The notes under the pieces were generated by a model. The model searched no databases. It was not told the origin of the DNA and saw only the letters and a list, made by a program, of their open reading frames with translations. A stretch of DNA of 58,548 bases, counting the filler, from Sphacelaria rigidula (taxonomy: Eukaryota), in NCBI GenBank assembly GCA_964200075.2. It is 8 parts of 8 records of this genome, joined end to end, with 100 filler letters (N's around TTAATTAATTAA, not from the genome) between each part and the next. Parts side by side here need not be neighbours in the genome. Positions count along the whole stretch, not along the records: positions 7,333 to 14,563 come from CAXNAA020015848.1; positions 14,664 to 21,894 come from CAXNAA020015849.1; positions 21,995 to 29,225 come from CAXNAA020015850.1; 5 more parts are not named here. One strand, 5' to 3'. The translations under genes and the position numbers were made by a program. Positions 12,459 to 24,434 of this stretch are shown here, one piece after another (position 1 is the first letter of the stretch; each line of letters starts with the position of its first letter).

Positions 12459-13893
12459 CTGTACTCCTCTTGGGATAGGGTGAGTCGTTTTCGCCGGCGC
12501 CCGCTTTTGTCGATACGAGACAGCATGTCCACCTCGGAAGACAAACCTACCCCCGCCGCCGCCGCCGCCGCTGCTGCTGCTGCTGCTGCAGTCGCCGCCG
12601 CTGTCGTCGCTCTGGACTTGCCCTTGCCCTTGCGGACTTTCCCTGTGTTCCTACAGTTTTGATCCACACCTGCCGTGGAACAGGAATAGAGCACCCGCAG
12701 TCGTTCGGCAGTGGTGGTTTTGCTTGAACGCGCAGGTGGTTCACCCAGGGTCTTTTGTCAGGAGAGCAATATCTCGAGGAGTCAACAGCCGCTTTTTCCG
12801 CACAAGGATTGCTCGTGTGTTTCTGTCGATCACGTCTTGTCTTTCTGTCGCACCCCGATGCGTCTTCAAGTCAGATCTAGCTTATCTACTCATGTTCCTG
12901 TCTTTATTCAAGTATTTATATCTCCCTTTTGTCATGATGCTTCAGCTAGCTACTGAAGATCTAGCCTAGTGCGAATGTCCACGTCTTCGTCTCTTTGTCT
13001 ACTCTCGCATGCGCTGTGACGTTCTATACAGTTAATATTTGGGTCGACAAGTACCATTCATCAACGAATAGTAGAGCTGTCCAACTCATGTGATCGACGG
13101 CATACACGCTAGCCGCTGACCCTTAACTACCATTTTGCGAACACGCCACGCGTTCCACAGAAAACCAACCGTTTGCACTATCTAATCGACGCCCAGCATT
13201 CAACAACCCCGCCACAAGAAAACGCGTCCTCACCAGCAGCGCTGTCGTCATCGTTACTGCTGCAGCTCATCTTCCGTACTTCGCTTTCGGCATACGTCGC
13301 CCGATCGTCAGGCCTCATGAGGTACGCTATTTCCTGACAAAGACGAGGCGATTAGAGCCAGAGATTTCGGCAATGACAAAAAAGGAGAAATGATGAAAAC
13401 TTGATGGACTACCGAACTCATCTGACGATCCGATACTCCATATCCAAATAGCAAGGTAGGTGCGGGAACGGGAAACAAATGGGTTCTACTCCTTGAGAAT
13501 ATGGGACTCGTCCCCAATCGGGGGCGAGAGGGGTAAGTGTACGACAACAGACAGGAAAAGAGACGAGCGCGAGTGCATCTGTGCGTACAGAGTCACGCAC
13601 ACAACACGCTAGCGTCGAGAAAGTACACACGACATGGTGTACAACAACGATGGTAGAGAAGCGCTGTTGATTCATTTGCCCTCGGCGACATAATTCAAGG
13701 CACTGCTGAACTACATTAGTACACCACCACTAGCGCTAATGCTGTTGCTGCCGCCGTTGCACGTTTGCACACCTCTATCAGGTCTTGTTTGAGACGATCC
13801 TGCTCCCGTTGTGCCGCAAGATACGCCTCTACATCCCACTTCTCTCCGGCCACCCCGCTGTGCCCATACCCCGTCCCCGCAGCCCAGTACTGC
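12459..13893 (-). CDS. Internal exons of a BIRC6/Bruce-like ubiquitin-conjugating (E2) protein, region just N-terminal of the UBC domain. Exons about 13893-13773, 13333-13234, 12669-12459
   Basis: YWAAGTGYGHSGVAGEKWDVEAYLAAQREQD resembles the YWAKGTGFG...WDVEQAL motif preceding the UBC domain of BIRC6. Splice phases are compatible. The UBC core itself was not found in this contig. Confidence 0.65.
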
Positions 13894-14486
13894 CTGCGCA
13901 GAAAATGACCAAAAGACGAACTTGTTGGCGAGGGGCGCTGGATCGCAAACCATGCATTTGCAGATCCTACAATAGCACCAAAAAAACAGCATCCAGTGGG
14001 GGGACGCTGGCATGGTGCGGCGGCTCGCCAGCCCCCCATGGCCGCACTCTGCTAGGACTGCGCACTAGCGCACACCGGTGTGGCGCCAGTACTTCATGTA
14101 GTAGTATAGCGGATTGGACTTGTGGCGGGCGATTTCAACCGCACTACAAAGGAACCCCTCCTGAACACAGGGAGAACACATGCAGAAACACAAACCCTGG
14201 CACACGTTGTGAGCAAAACGCTCAAGTGTTCGTCAGCGGCAAGGTGAGAGGGGTGGATTCTCCTCTTGGACCTGACACTCTATATTGCTCACAAAGTATT
14301 TCGTTGTTCCGGAATAGAGCAGGTCTGGTAACCCAAGGAGTTCTTCACATAACCTCTCTCGCCACCAGATCACACAGGACAACCCCGCACGCCCACCACC
14401 AGGAAAATGAAAGAAAAAAAAAGCTTCAACTCAGTTTTTCAACAAAAATAAGAGAGTTGGGGGTATATTTATGGTATGCACATGTC

Positions 14487-14520
<34 letters not shown>

Positions 14521-15389
14521 AAAAAAAAGAGGAGGAGAGGGGAGATAAGAGGGGGCGGGGGGCNNNNNNNNNNNNNNNNNNNNNNNNNNNNNNNNNNNNN
14601 NNNNNNNTTAATTAATTAANNNNNNNNNNNNNNNNNNNNNNNNNNNNNNNNNNNNNNNNNNNNGCTCCTTGCACTCTGTGACCACGGGTTCGAGAGATCG
14701 AGCTAATGTGACGGATATAATAATATTAATAATAAGTTGTGATAGACCTATACTTGATACAGTACATTTTCGTCAAGTGCAACCATCAACCATGTATATA
14801 TATATATATATATATATCGTGTCCAATGTTACCGTACCACCACAAGTATCTGACGGGGAAGCAAAGCTCAAGCCGAACTACAACTCGAGACCGCCAAATA
14901 AATCAGACACCCGAACCGATTGCCAACTGCCCCCATTGCCTACCTTCAGGGGCCCACGTTGAAAGTATTCAACGATTAGACAGCGATCTCCGCGCAGGTG
15001 GACTGAGGTAGACTACACAACATTTGGGGTTCAAAACAGCTCTTTTCTCGCTACACATCATGTATTTTTATGGAACATGTAATTTGGCATCTATATAGGA
15101 AGTGGTCCCGGACAACCGCTGACCAGTTTTGATCCTGCAGTCGATTGTATGCATAGTCAGAATTTATGTGTGCTGTATGTCTTCGCTGGATACAACAGCA
15201 AAAGACAGTATATGTGCGTCATCGCTCTCGACTGGACATAACTTACTGCATGCTGCCGATGCCTCTGCTCCCGGTTCAACAACACTACAGGGTGAAGCTA
15301 TGCTGGCAACATATGACGAGTCAGACAGGCGGCTCAGACCTCGGGCACAGTACGAAACAAGTTATTCGTACTCATGTAACCTATGGTTG

Positions 15390-16513
15390 AATTGTCATGA
15401 CCAGAGTGAAATAAGCCAGTAGACAGCGAAGAAGTCCACTTGTAGGGAAATTACGTGCTCATTTTGACGACTGTGATTGGTCAGCATGGTCATTCCGCGC
15501 CTCTCGGGCTTCGTTTCTGGATTAGAATATTCCGTGGGAAAATTCCACAGACACATGGTTGAGATGCTGAGCTCGAAATGTGCGGCGTATTCTCGAGACC
15601 AACTTTCATGGCAGTCACAAATCTCGATTTTTTCGAGCATCGGGGGGAAAAAAACATGGAGCGCATTTCATGGATTCTCTCGATTTTTCAAAAATATTGC
15701 GGAAAATCGTTTCGAGATCGTGACTCCCCGGGGTTTTTTTGAGGTGACGTACGTGCATTGACCTACAACGGTGGGGTGCGAGGCACTTGATATTTCTGCA
15801 ACGGCAGCAGAAGACAGTCTCGTGACAGCGCAGGGCGTACCTACTGCCCGCGCCAGCTGCCGAAGCAACTTCGCACGGGGTTTGACAAGCGGATAATGAG
15901 TGCTGACGCCGTACCCTTCGGCGATGGTGATATTTCACGCTGCGCTGCGCTGCTTCATGCATCACTATAACGAACGCTACTGTACTCTTGTAGCTGTGGT
16001 CGCTGTACTAGAGGGGTGATGTACGGCACTGCACTACTGAACTCTGCTCGCGAACTGTTTGTTCGCTGTTCTCGCAATACCGACTGCGCCATCATGAACT
16101 ACCACACATTATCATGCCCTGTACTGATGTAGTGTCCTGCACTGCATTACGCTAGGGTACCAAGGTTTGACACTGTACCCGAAGGATTGTTTACCGCCAG
16201 CCTGCCCTTGGATTCATGAACGAGTAGGCAGTACCTCAGTCAGGCAGAAAATGACCGTCGTGTATAGAACCGTTTCACAAATCTGTGATACTGTACTGCC
16301 TGTACCATAGAACAGTCCCTCGGATTTTGAGTTCGCGATTTTTGAGTCCGCGAGTTCGAGTTCCCCAGATTTCTTCAGAATCGATATTCGTTGCCATGAT
16401 AGTTGGTCTAGTCGATGAAGGCAAAAAAAAAAAAAAAACGTCGGTCCGCTTTCCTCGGTGTTACGAGTAGGCGAGAAGTGCAATACAGGGTGATTTTTCT
16501 CTGGTCAAGAAAT
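15390..16513. mobile_element. Putative non-autonomous DNA element with imperfect terminal and subterminal inverted repeats
   Basis: tgaccagagtgaaat (15398) pairs with atttttctctggtca (about 16493-16507); agaccaactttcatggca (15596) pairs with tgccatgatagttggtct (about 16392-16409). Confidence 0.4.
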
Positions 16514-17413
16514 CTTGGTGAAAATTTGTGCTTTCAACACAAACTTAAGCCTCCGGCGACCCTCGGGACGGGGGGAGGGGCTGGCGGAGGGACATTTTGC
16601 CGCATATACAGCCTACGGCTCATCTGAAGCCCTGAACCAGAGCCATCTGTGCAATACATCAAATGTACTACAGTGAGGACAACGCCAGCATCGTATTTGA
16701 CAGCTTCATGTTCGCTTCGTCACGAGCACCACGTGTAACTATCGTTCGTCTTCCGTGTGAACCACTGGAAAAGAAGCGATAGAAAGACCTTCCGGGGGGG
16801 GGTTGCTGGGACCAGCTTGATGGTCAAGCGCAATGTGCCGAAGCTACAACAACACCAGAAAACTTCGTGCACGTTCGACATGATGGGGATGTTCCGAAAA
16901 AATCATCTCGGCGAACAAGCGGTGTGAAAAAAACTTGACCGCAGCAGAATCATGACGACCACGGTCCAGGCCATGCCTCAAGACCTAATATACTGTACTG
17001 CTCTAGTAGGTGTGCTGGTATCTCATGCAATAGAGCTGCTTTTAATCGTCGCGAAGTGTAGGGAGCTGCGGTTCATGAGGATGTGGCCTATGGCACAACG
17101 GCATCAATACACGGAAATATCACCACAAGGGTCCATGGGATATAAAACACGCACGCACAAGTACACACACACGCAGTCAAGAAACAAGATACTCCTTCAT
17201 CCCCTGATGAAGTGGCCTCAGGTATTGTTGGTTTGTTTTTCCGAGGGCAGCTGGGACGGACATGATGCACAACAACAACAGTGCCGCACTTTCCCATCTG
17301 TCCTGACAGGAAAACGGCCAAGCCGCTTTCGCAATACAAGCCACGCTCACCAAAATAGCGACAAGTGAAAAAAAAACGACCGATTTCTTGCGCAGCGCAA
17401 AAAGGTCACTCAC

Positions 17414-18216
17414 CAGCAGCTTCTCGAAGTCTACGAGGATGCAGCCGCACATGGCCCCCCTCCCCTGGCCATGGTCCTTGGATGTGGAAAACACCGTGAA
17501 CACCTTCGCCCCCTTGCTCAACGACACGCCCTCCGAGTGAGCCTCGTGCGCCCTCACAATGTAGCTGAGGTTACCTTGCGAGAGGAAGTCGTCAATCGCC
17601 TTAGCTCCGAAACAGATCGCCCCCCCACCCCTCAAGCTCTCTCCGAAGCCGGTAGAGTCAAGGCCCATTTCCTGTTGTTACACGTGTGAATATTCGATTG
17701 GTCCACTTGACTCACAAGAGTACATGGCGGTTGATGGAGAGGCCAAGTAGCCCTCAATCATAAAAATGTCCAACGGCAGTCAACCTGACACAACGTGAAC
17801 AATACATGGCCAATGGTTGACATGGAAAAAATTGTACAGCGTGAAGTATTCACGTATTACGACGTTTGTTGGAAAATAGTTGCATTGGGCCCATACTTCG
17901 CGCAACACAATTTTTCCATTGCAGCTATTGACCATATACTGTTCTCAGTCTGCAACATTCGGTGGGTAAAATTAAGGATTTCCGAGAGCCACCGCATCAG
18001 CCCTTCTACTCAGACCCGAGGTCAAAACATACTTTATCCCGGACAACAACGCACTAGGTGAAATCACTCGTCTGGGGGGGGGGGGGGGGGGGCGCACCAG
18101 AGGGGGGGGGAAAATGTGCGAGGGGAAAAAAATCCACCACGNNNNNNNNNNCCCCCCCCCCCCTCCCCCACACAACCACTAAAAAAAAACCCCACACACC
18201 CCACGCCCCGAAGCGG

Positions 18217-18257
<41 letters not shown>

Positions 18258-19217
18258 GTCACTGAAGTGGGAGGATAATGTGCTCAGGGATAAATATCCA
18301 TCACTGGAAAATGACCCATAGCCTACTTCATGAGGGAGTTGCGTTGTCTTGGTTTCGAACTCCCAGCCGTGCAGCAAAAAACAGATGAATGATGATCTTC
18401 ACAGACAAAACTCCCGTCACTTCATCGTCCCCTCTCGCCCAGAGGAGACTGCGATCATCTGGAACCCGGCTTCCTCTACTGCGGTATCCTCGCGCTCATT
18501 CATGGCCTTCGGGCGCTTAACCAGACAGAAATGCAAACCTCATCTTGGAGTGTTGACAACTGTAGTAGCAGTTTGCGTCCATTGCCGAAGACGTAAGTTG
18601 GATTTTTGAGGGCGTAGTGTTCCTGGTGCGAAGACTCTCAAAGCGGGGCGCTCGTACAGGTGATAGCTCGTGGAAACCCTCGGACATGCCGTAACAAATA
18701 CGAAAGTGACAGGGTCACCGCTCATGATGGTCTCCGCCCACCCATAAGAAATGCCATGATACGGTACAATACTCACCACAACACGGATTTGCATGTGTCG
18801 GTGGCAACGGCCCGGCGGGCCCAGGTCCCTCTGTTTTCACGCAGGCCATCGTGTCTTTGGCCAGGCCAACTATTACTCATTGCCGCCCTCTCATGTATAT
18901 CCGGACTGTGGCAAGTACAGCTCATCCCCCTGTTTCCATGTAGGCGATTGATCATGTCGTTGACCAGGCCACCTACTCCGAACCTCCGAAGTAGTCAGAC
19001 GAACATAAAGCCGGCCACCTGCACGAGCTATCCGGCAACCAATCACAACACCCGACAAACACAAAGGCACAACAAACACCAAGCCCCCCAGTGACGTCAC
19101 CTGGTTATCCCGTGCAGGGTCAGACCATAGACAGTCCGAGGCCACCTGCTGGGACTCGAACGTTTCGTACTCGTTGGGTGGACACACGCCAGCGACAGAG
19201 GGCACGCACAGTATATC
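17414..19217 (-). CDS. PPP-family (calcineurin-like) Ser/Thr protein phosphatase, C-terminal catalytic exons 19217-19101 and 17671-17414
   Basis: Motifs [26 protein letters not shown] and VFTVFS; canonical AG/GT boundaries, phase 0. Confidence 0.88.
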
Positions 19218-19429
19218 CTGGACAACAACGAAATGGCGAAACAGACAACAAACAGGGAGAACGCGGTTGCTTGAAACATACGTACTGCGTAGGATATCTG
19301 TCCAAAGAGAAACACGTACTAATTGATTTGGGGGGAACGGGAAGAATTTGGCGTACGTATATCATGTTAGTTTATACGACTACCCGGAATCCAACAATAC
19401 CGGGCTTGACCATTAAACCGCCGTGCGGG

Positions 19430-19530
19430 TAGTCCATCTGGACGACGCATACTTCTTTCAAGTGAATACTGATGCTGATTTCAGCGGATGACCTACCCTC
19501 GCGGTCAAGGGGTCAAGCTGTCACAACCGT
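19430..19530 (+). repeat. TE-derived fragment shared with 30200-30297
   Basis: catctgga...ttcaagtgaata.tgatg..gatt.agc.g.tgacctaccctcgcggtcaagggg occurs in both contigs. Confidence 0.7.
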
Positions 19531-21646
19531 ATCTCGTTGACGCGGACGAAATGGGCTGTGGTCCGCACACCATGCCGATTGTCTAATCAAGGGGCATATG
19601 TCCATGTACTCGACAGCCCGGTCAAACGCTCTCTCGTTGATAACGCGCGATGTTAGGTAGATCCAGTCCAACTACGGAAACATCTCGATACTCAGTCAAG
19701 TCTATACCGAACTTCGTTCGTCACACATCATGATCACCGGATGGCACTCATTTGTGGTGGCAGTATTTCTCGAGGCACGGGGGAAGCGATCGGTATCCTC
19801 ACCTTCACCGACCTCGTCATAAATCGAAAAACATGACGCGCTTTCTAAATTGTATACAGGTAGAGACACTATATCTGGATCTCGGTTCTCCCTTTTCAAA
19901 GGTGTGCTCTTGAGATTTGATATGGAGTATCGAAAGAGTAAAAAAAAGGTATATCCATGCTACGCCCTTGGTTTTTCCTTTCGTGAGTTGGGGAGTGCTG
20001 CAAGAGGAGGATATTATTTTTTGCTCTTGACTCACAACAAAAAAGGCTCACCTCCCGTAGAGAGGGGTACCTCAAAAGTGATGGGAAAATATTTTCGCGC
20101 GAAGCGCAATTATGGCCGAGCGTTTGGAAATCGCCACTCGGCCGAAACCGAGGATCCACCCGAAATCAGGGGGGAAAACTATCGCATGAAACACGTCCTG
20201 TGTCACTGTGCTGTAGCGCAAGCACACTCTTGCTCTGTCTCGTGTGTTGTAGCTGTTGCTGCGCTGTTGTGTCTTGAGGCCTTTGGTTTGATTTCCGTTG
20301 GGACTGCCTGAGTTACTTCATTGCCTTTGCGTTCGTCTCTTGTGAAAAGTAATGTCGGCACGCGGTGTTGTCTACACACTGTTGGAAAACTTCATGATGT
20401 GTTTGTTGGCTATTTCGTCTCGAGTCAAACGAACAAGGCGCTTCCCGAGCCCATCATTTCTATGCTGTAGTCGTCGCTGTGCTGCTGTGCATCTCAACAC
20501 TCCACGACGAACACGGCGCGAAATGCGCTGGAGAGTATCTGAACAGCTGTACTGCTGCATGCCGAGTTTCGATCTGCACACAATTGGGGTGGGATCACAG
20601 TGCTGTAAAAGCAACGAAATTTGGAACAATCGTGACGTGACGGCTGTGCAGCTGTCTGTCCCGTCTTCTCTGCTACTTTACTTATGGTCGGGTGCTGTGA
20701 TCGGGAAAGACACGCAAGGCGGATGCGTGCAGGTTGAAGCAAACAAACTGAGCCAGCACGGAGCTGCTGTATCCTCGGTGACTAACGGTAGCAGCTGTCT
20801 GTCTCGCAGCGGCGCAATGTGCGAGCCAATCAAGCTACTTTTCCACTCATATTCCACTCGTTATCATCTGATTGAGGAAAGGTCGCCGCGTCTTGGTGTA
20901 CATGATTACTCTGATTGGTCGAAAAACATTTTCACTGAAAGTTTTTGCCCCTATCTGCAGGGCCAGGTGCCAAAACAAGGCGCAACATGCATCATTTTTT
21001 CCCCCCTGGGGTCTCTTCACACCAAAATTCAGCGCACAAGTATCAAAAGTGGGATGCAAAATCTCGGTTCAGAGTCAGATCCATTTTTAGGGTGGCCCAG
21101 CACGCAGGCTTGTGCTAAACAACATTGGTCTCCTAGCTCGGGAAACACGCAAAAACGCGCCAGGCGCGCGCTACAGAGCCCTTGGGATTTGACGATCAGT
21201 TCCCAAAACATCACAAAATGGCAATCTACGGCGGCACCAAGTATTTCGACTACGAATTCCGGCAACCAATTAGCGCAAACTTTACCTATTTACATGTTTG
21301 ATGAAACTTGATGAGTCACAAGCAGGAAGGAATTGGCCAACGCCCTGGAAAGCACATACCAACGAAGTCAGTCAGACCCAACCAAAACAGGGTTGCTGAC
21401 AAACAAAAACAAGGTTCGCCTTCTGCAAGAAAACGTAAAACAACAAAAAAAACTGAGGGAGTGCTCTGTACGAGCGCTAGGGTCCCCTCCCTTGGCTGTC
21501 AGCGCGCGGGAGGATGGGTATGTGGCGGGGGGAGGGGCACGCAAAGCGCTTAGAGCCCTCTGAGAAATGACTCATCAATCAATTGATTGCGTGTTGCACC
21601 CCCATAACCTGATCACTCAGAAATACAGCGCCGTCTGTACCCACCG

Positions 21647-21667
21647 GGGTTAGGTTAGGGTTAGGGT
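21647..21667 (+). repeat. Short interstitial TTAGGG-like arrays (also about 8063-8085 and 27335-27372)
   Basis: ggttagggttaggg motifs. Confidence 0.6.
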
Positions 21668-22789
21668 TTTGAGAGGATGGGTAAGCACAAACAATTGTCT
21701 CCAAAATAGGCATCATGAACACAACCCAGGGTGACAAGATACACATGCGGGGCTAATAATGTTGCCCCTCTTTTGGGAGTGAGGGATCATCCTACGATAG
21801 GGGGGGGGGGGGGGGGGAACTCTTTTTTTTTTTGCCCTAGGTGTAAGACCATTTACCCCCCATCTTTTCCAAGGGGGAACACCGAAAGGGGCGGNNNNNN
21901 NNNNNNNNNNNNNNNNNNNNNNNNNNNNNNNNNNNNNNTTAATTAATTAANNNNNNNNNNNNNNNNNNNNNNNNNNNNNNNNNNNNNNNNNNNNACCGTC
22001 AGAAGGTTACGAGGTTACCAACTGAGCCACCGGGGCGACCGGTGGATCGACGAAAATGAAGGGTTGTCCAATGTTATTTGCGGTGCTTTTCATCACATAT
22101 GGCGCCTGCGTCGTTCGCGAAACACGCGTCTGCCGATTATCTCACGGACGGGGAAGGTTATACATTTTCGATTGACAGTGAAAGCAACGCGGATCGCTTG
22201 CTGCAAAGCGCCGCATGGTTTGTTCCAAGCTCAGCGTTTTTTTTACTGCGCCGTAATACCACTTTTCGAGAGGCTAATGGTACGAACCGATTAGAGGTGC
22301 ATACTTTCGCCCTTCAGCGGCGTTTTCCGCTCGAATAGACGGCCAGGTGGGTTGAGGCACCTCGGAGTGAGTGGCACTACTATTCTGAGAGGATTCCAGT
22401 CCAAGATGAATATCAGTCCGAACGCAACTACACCGCCAGGAAAACCTCCAGAAGACGTCCTGACTAGACTAACACGCCCTCACAGCTGCAAGATCTGCTG
22501 GACTCTGTCGGTTTTCTGCTTTCTGATGGGGACGTGCAGATTTTGATCATTCGGCAGATTTTTTCGCGTGAAGAGACGGCCAGGCGTGTTGGTGACTTGC
22601 TTGACTGTCGTAAAGGGTTCCAGCACATTTTGACGTGTTTCGGTGCGTGCAGCTGAATCTGAGAGAGGAGGAGTGCAAAAACTTGCACTTTTTTACAGAC
22701 CTTCCCGAGTCGCGAAAATACATGCAAGGTCTGCTCTTTTGATGGGTTTGTACAGGAGAGGTGCATATTTGTTTTTTCTTGTGCACCCA

Positions 22790-23158
22790 CCGGTCGTCCC
22801 GGTGGCTCAGATGGTTACCTCGAAACCTTCTGACGGTTGGGTTGTGGGTTCGAATCTCGGAGCGATCTGGGATTTTTTCTCGCACAATACCCAACAGTGG
22901 AGAGCGACCATGTCGTGAGTACACAAACGGCGACTTGATGATCGACGAGGGAAAGGGACTACTGGATTCCTCTCGCGATAAAAAGTAAAGGCAAGCACCG
23001 TAGAAGGAAGGTGGAGGAGTAATAACAAACGAAGAAAGGATAAAGTCCTGTGGGGGCATTCCTCCTGTGTGACCGCGGCTGTTGCGCCCACATACACCGA
23101 AAGGTGTAGATCGACGTTCAGAATAGATGGGACGACAACACACGACAACACACACACC
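22790..23158 (+). mobile_element. tRNA-derived SINE, apparently full length (about 370 bp); truncated heads at 21995-22042(-) and 29161-29225(+)
   Basis: Pol III A box TGGCTCAGATGG and B box GGTTCGAATCT; anticodon-like stem-loop aacc-ttctgac-ggtt; unrelated body ending in an (ACA/CA)-rich tail; three copies of the head. Confidence 0.8.
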
Positions 23159-23342
23159 TAGGGTCAAACTGTACGCACCAAAAGAAACCCGTCAAAACGT
23201 ACTGGAACCGCCTCGGGAAGTAGAGCACTTCATTCTTGGATACGATGTTTCGCCTGCTCGTTTATTCACGCCAAAAAGGCCACAGGACGCGAGAGGCTCA
23301 AATTATGCACGTCCCCCTAAGACAGCGGTGAACCGACAGAGT

Positions 23343-23740
23343 CTACCAGGTTGTGCAGCTGGAAAGGCGTATTGCTCTATTATTGTCAGGGTGTCCTTGG
23401 GAGGTTTCCCTGGCGATGGTTATGCGTTTGAACTGGTCTTCGTGCTGCACTGGTACATGCTGCCGCATCGAACGTACTGATGCGAGACTTGAGACATCGG
23501 CCACCTCAGGAAGAAATGATTGGTATGGGTCCAGGAATGTCGACCCGCCGGATGAAGTTTTTCTCAGTGTGGCCATTTTTCCTCTGCCAATTGGTTTGGT
23601 TAGTTTGTCACGGAGGATATCAGCCGCGTCGTGTCCACGCTTTTGGTCGAGATTTGCGCCCTGCGTTGCTAGCAGCACTTTGATTTTCGCCCGGCTCTTC
23701 CGTGGGTCCAAACCTGTAGCTTTCACCCACTTGCCGTCCT
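23343..23740 (-). pseudogene. Possible decayed DNA-transposase C-terminal fragment in an intron
   Basis: Isolated 127-aa ORF (GKW..TG.DP, HDAADILRDKLTKP, IRLSSC) loosely reminiscent of transposase C-termini; no clear splice partners. Confidence 0.25.
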
Positions 23741-24434
23741 GAGGAACTATTCTTTGTTTGGTTGTCGCACATTAACTGATCTTGGACATGATCCACAACA
23801 TGGACATGCGCAGGGTGAACAAAATTGGAACGCCTACTGAAGGGAGAAAAAAGTGTGTGTGTGTGTGTGTGTGGGGGGGGTGTTGAACAGAGTGTACAGA
23901 AAAAGAACAAGCAGCACAAGGAAAGGAAAGGAAAGCCTGAAGAAATGATGAAAGATACAGGGATGAATAATGAAATAAAAATGGAAATAGTCGCCCCCCT
24001 GCAGCATAACTTGAGGTGGAACAGGCCGTGCGCAAAAAGCATATGAATCCATACACGATATGGGCATGAGCTCTCACCTATGAGCAAGGCACCGAACTGC
24101 TATTGTGGAACACTGGTAGGAGAGATCTAGAGAGAGAGGTGGAGGTGGAGAATGAGATACCAGAACAGAGAAGGAGCCCAGGGACGATTAGAGCATGTCC
24201 AGGAGCACAACCAGAAACACCGCAGGGCTACAACTCGAATGAAAAGTATGTCAAGGCCAATGCTTGTGCGCATTCCTCTGCAAAAGTGAATCCACGAGTC
24301 TGTTAATTCGCCATACACATCCCTCTACCCTCGGCCCCCCTCTTTATTTGTGCCTGCCGCGTCTTTTTCACTCATTGCGGCGTTCGCGCGCGCTGAGCAG
24401 GAAGCGTGTCCCGTGCACTATGATAGCGTCGCAG

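Noticed and set aside
13785-14615. 276-aa plus-strand ORF
   Set aside because: It is antisense to a real exon and runs into poly-G and Ns.
18070-18260. G-quadruplex or poly-Pro/Gly coding region
   Set aside because: G/C homopolymers around a 10-N gap indicate low-quality sequence; the same applies near 14490, 51190-51410 and 58460.
18785-18980. Two imperfect ~105-bp repeats (WPGQRHD twice) as duplicated exons
   Set aside because: They are intronic, the flanking phosphatase exons join in frame without them, and there are no convincing splice sites.
20352-21311. 319-aa ORF as a gene
   Set aside because: No recognisable motif; it runs through low-complexity, TE-like sequence and is probably a chance frame.
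21647-21667. True telomere
   Set aside because: Only 2-4 degenerate TTAGGG units, internal to contigs.
22790-22870. Functional tRNA (including tRNA-Sec)
   Set aside because: The arms are irregular, there is no UCA anticodon or long variable arm, it continues into a SINE body and it is multicopy.
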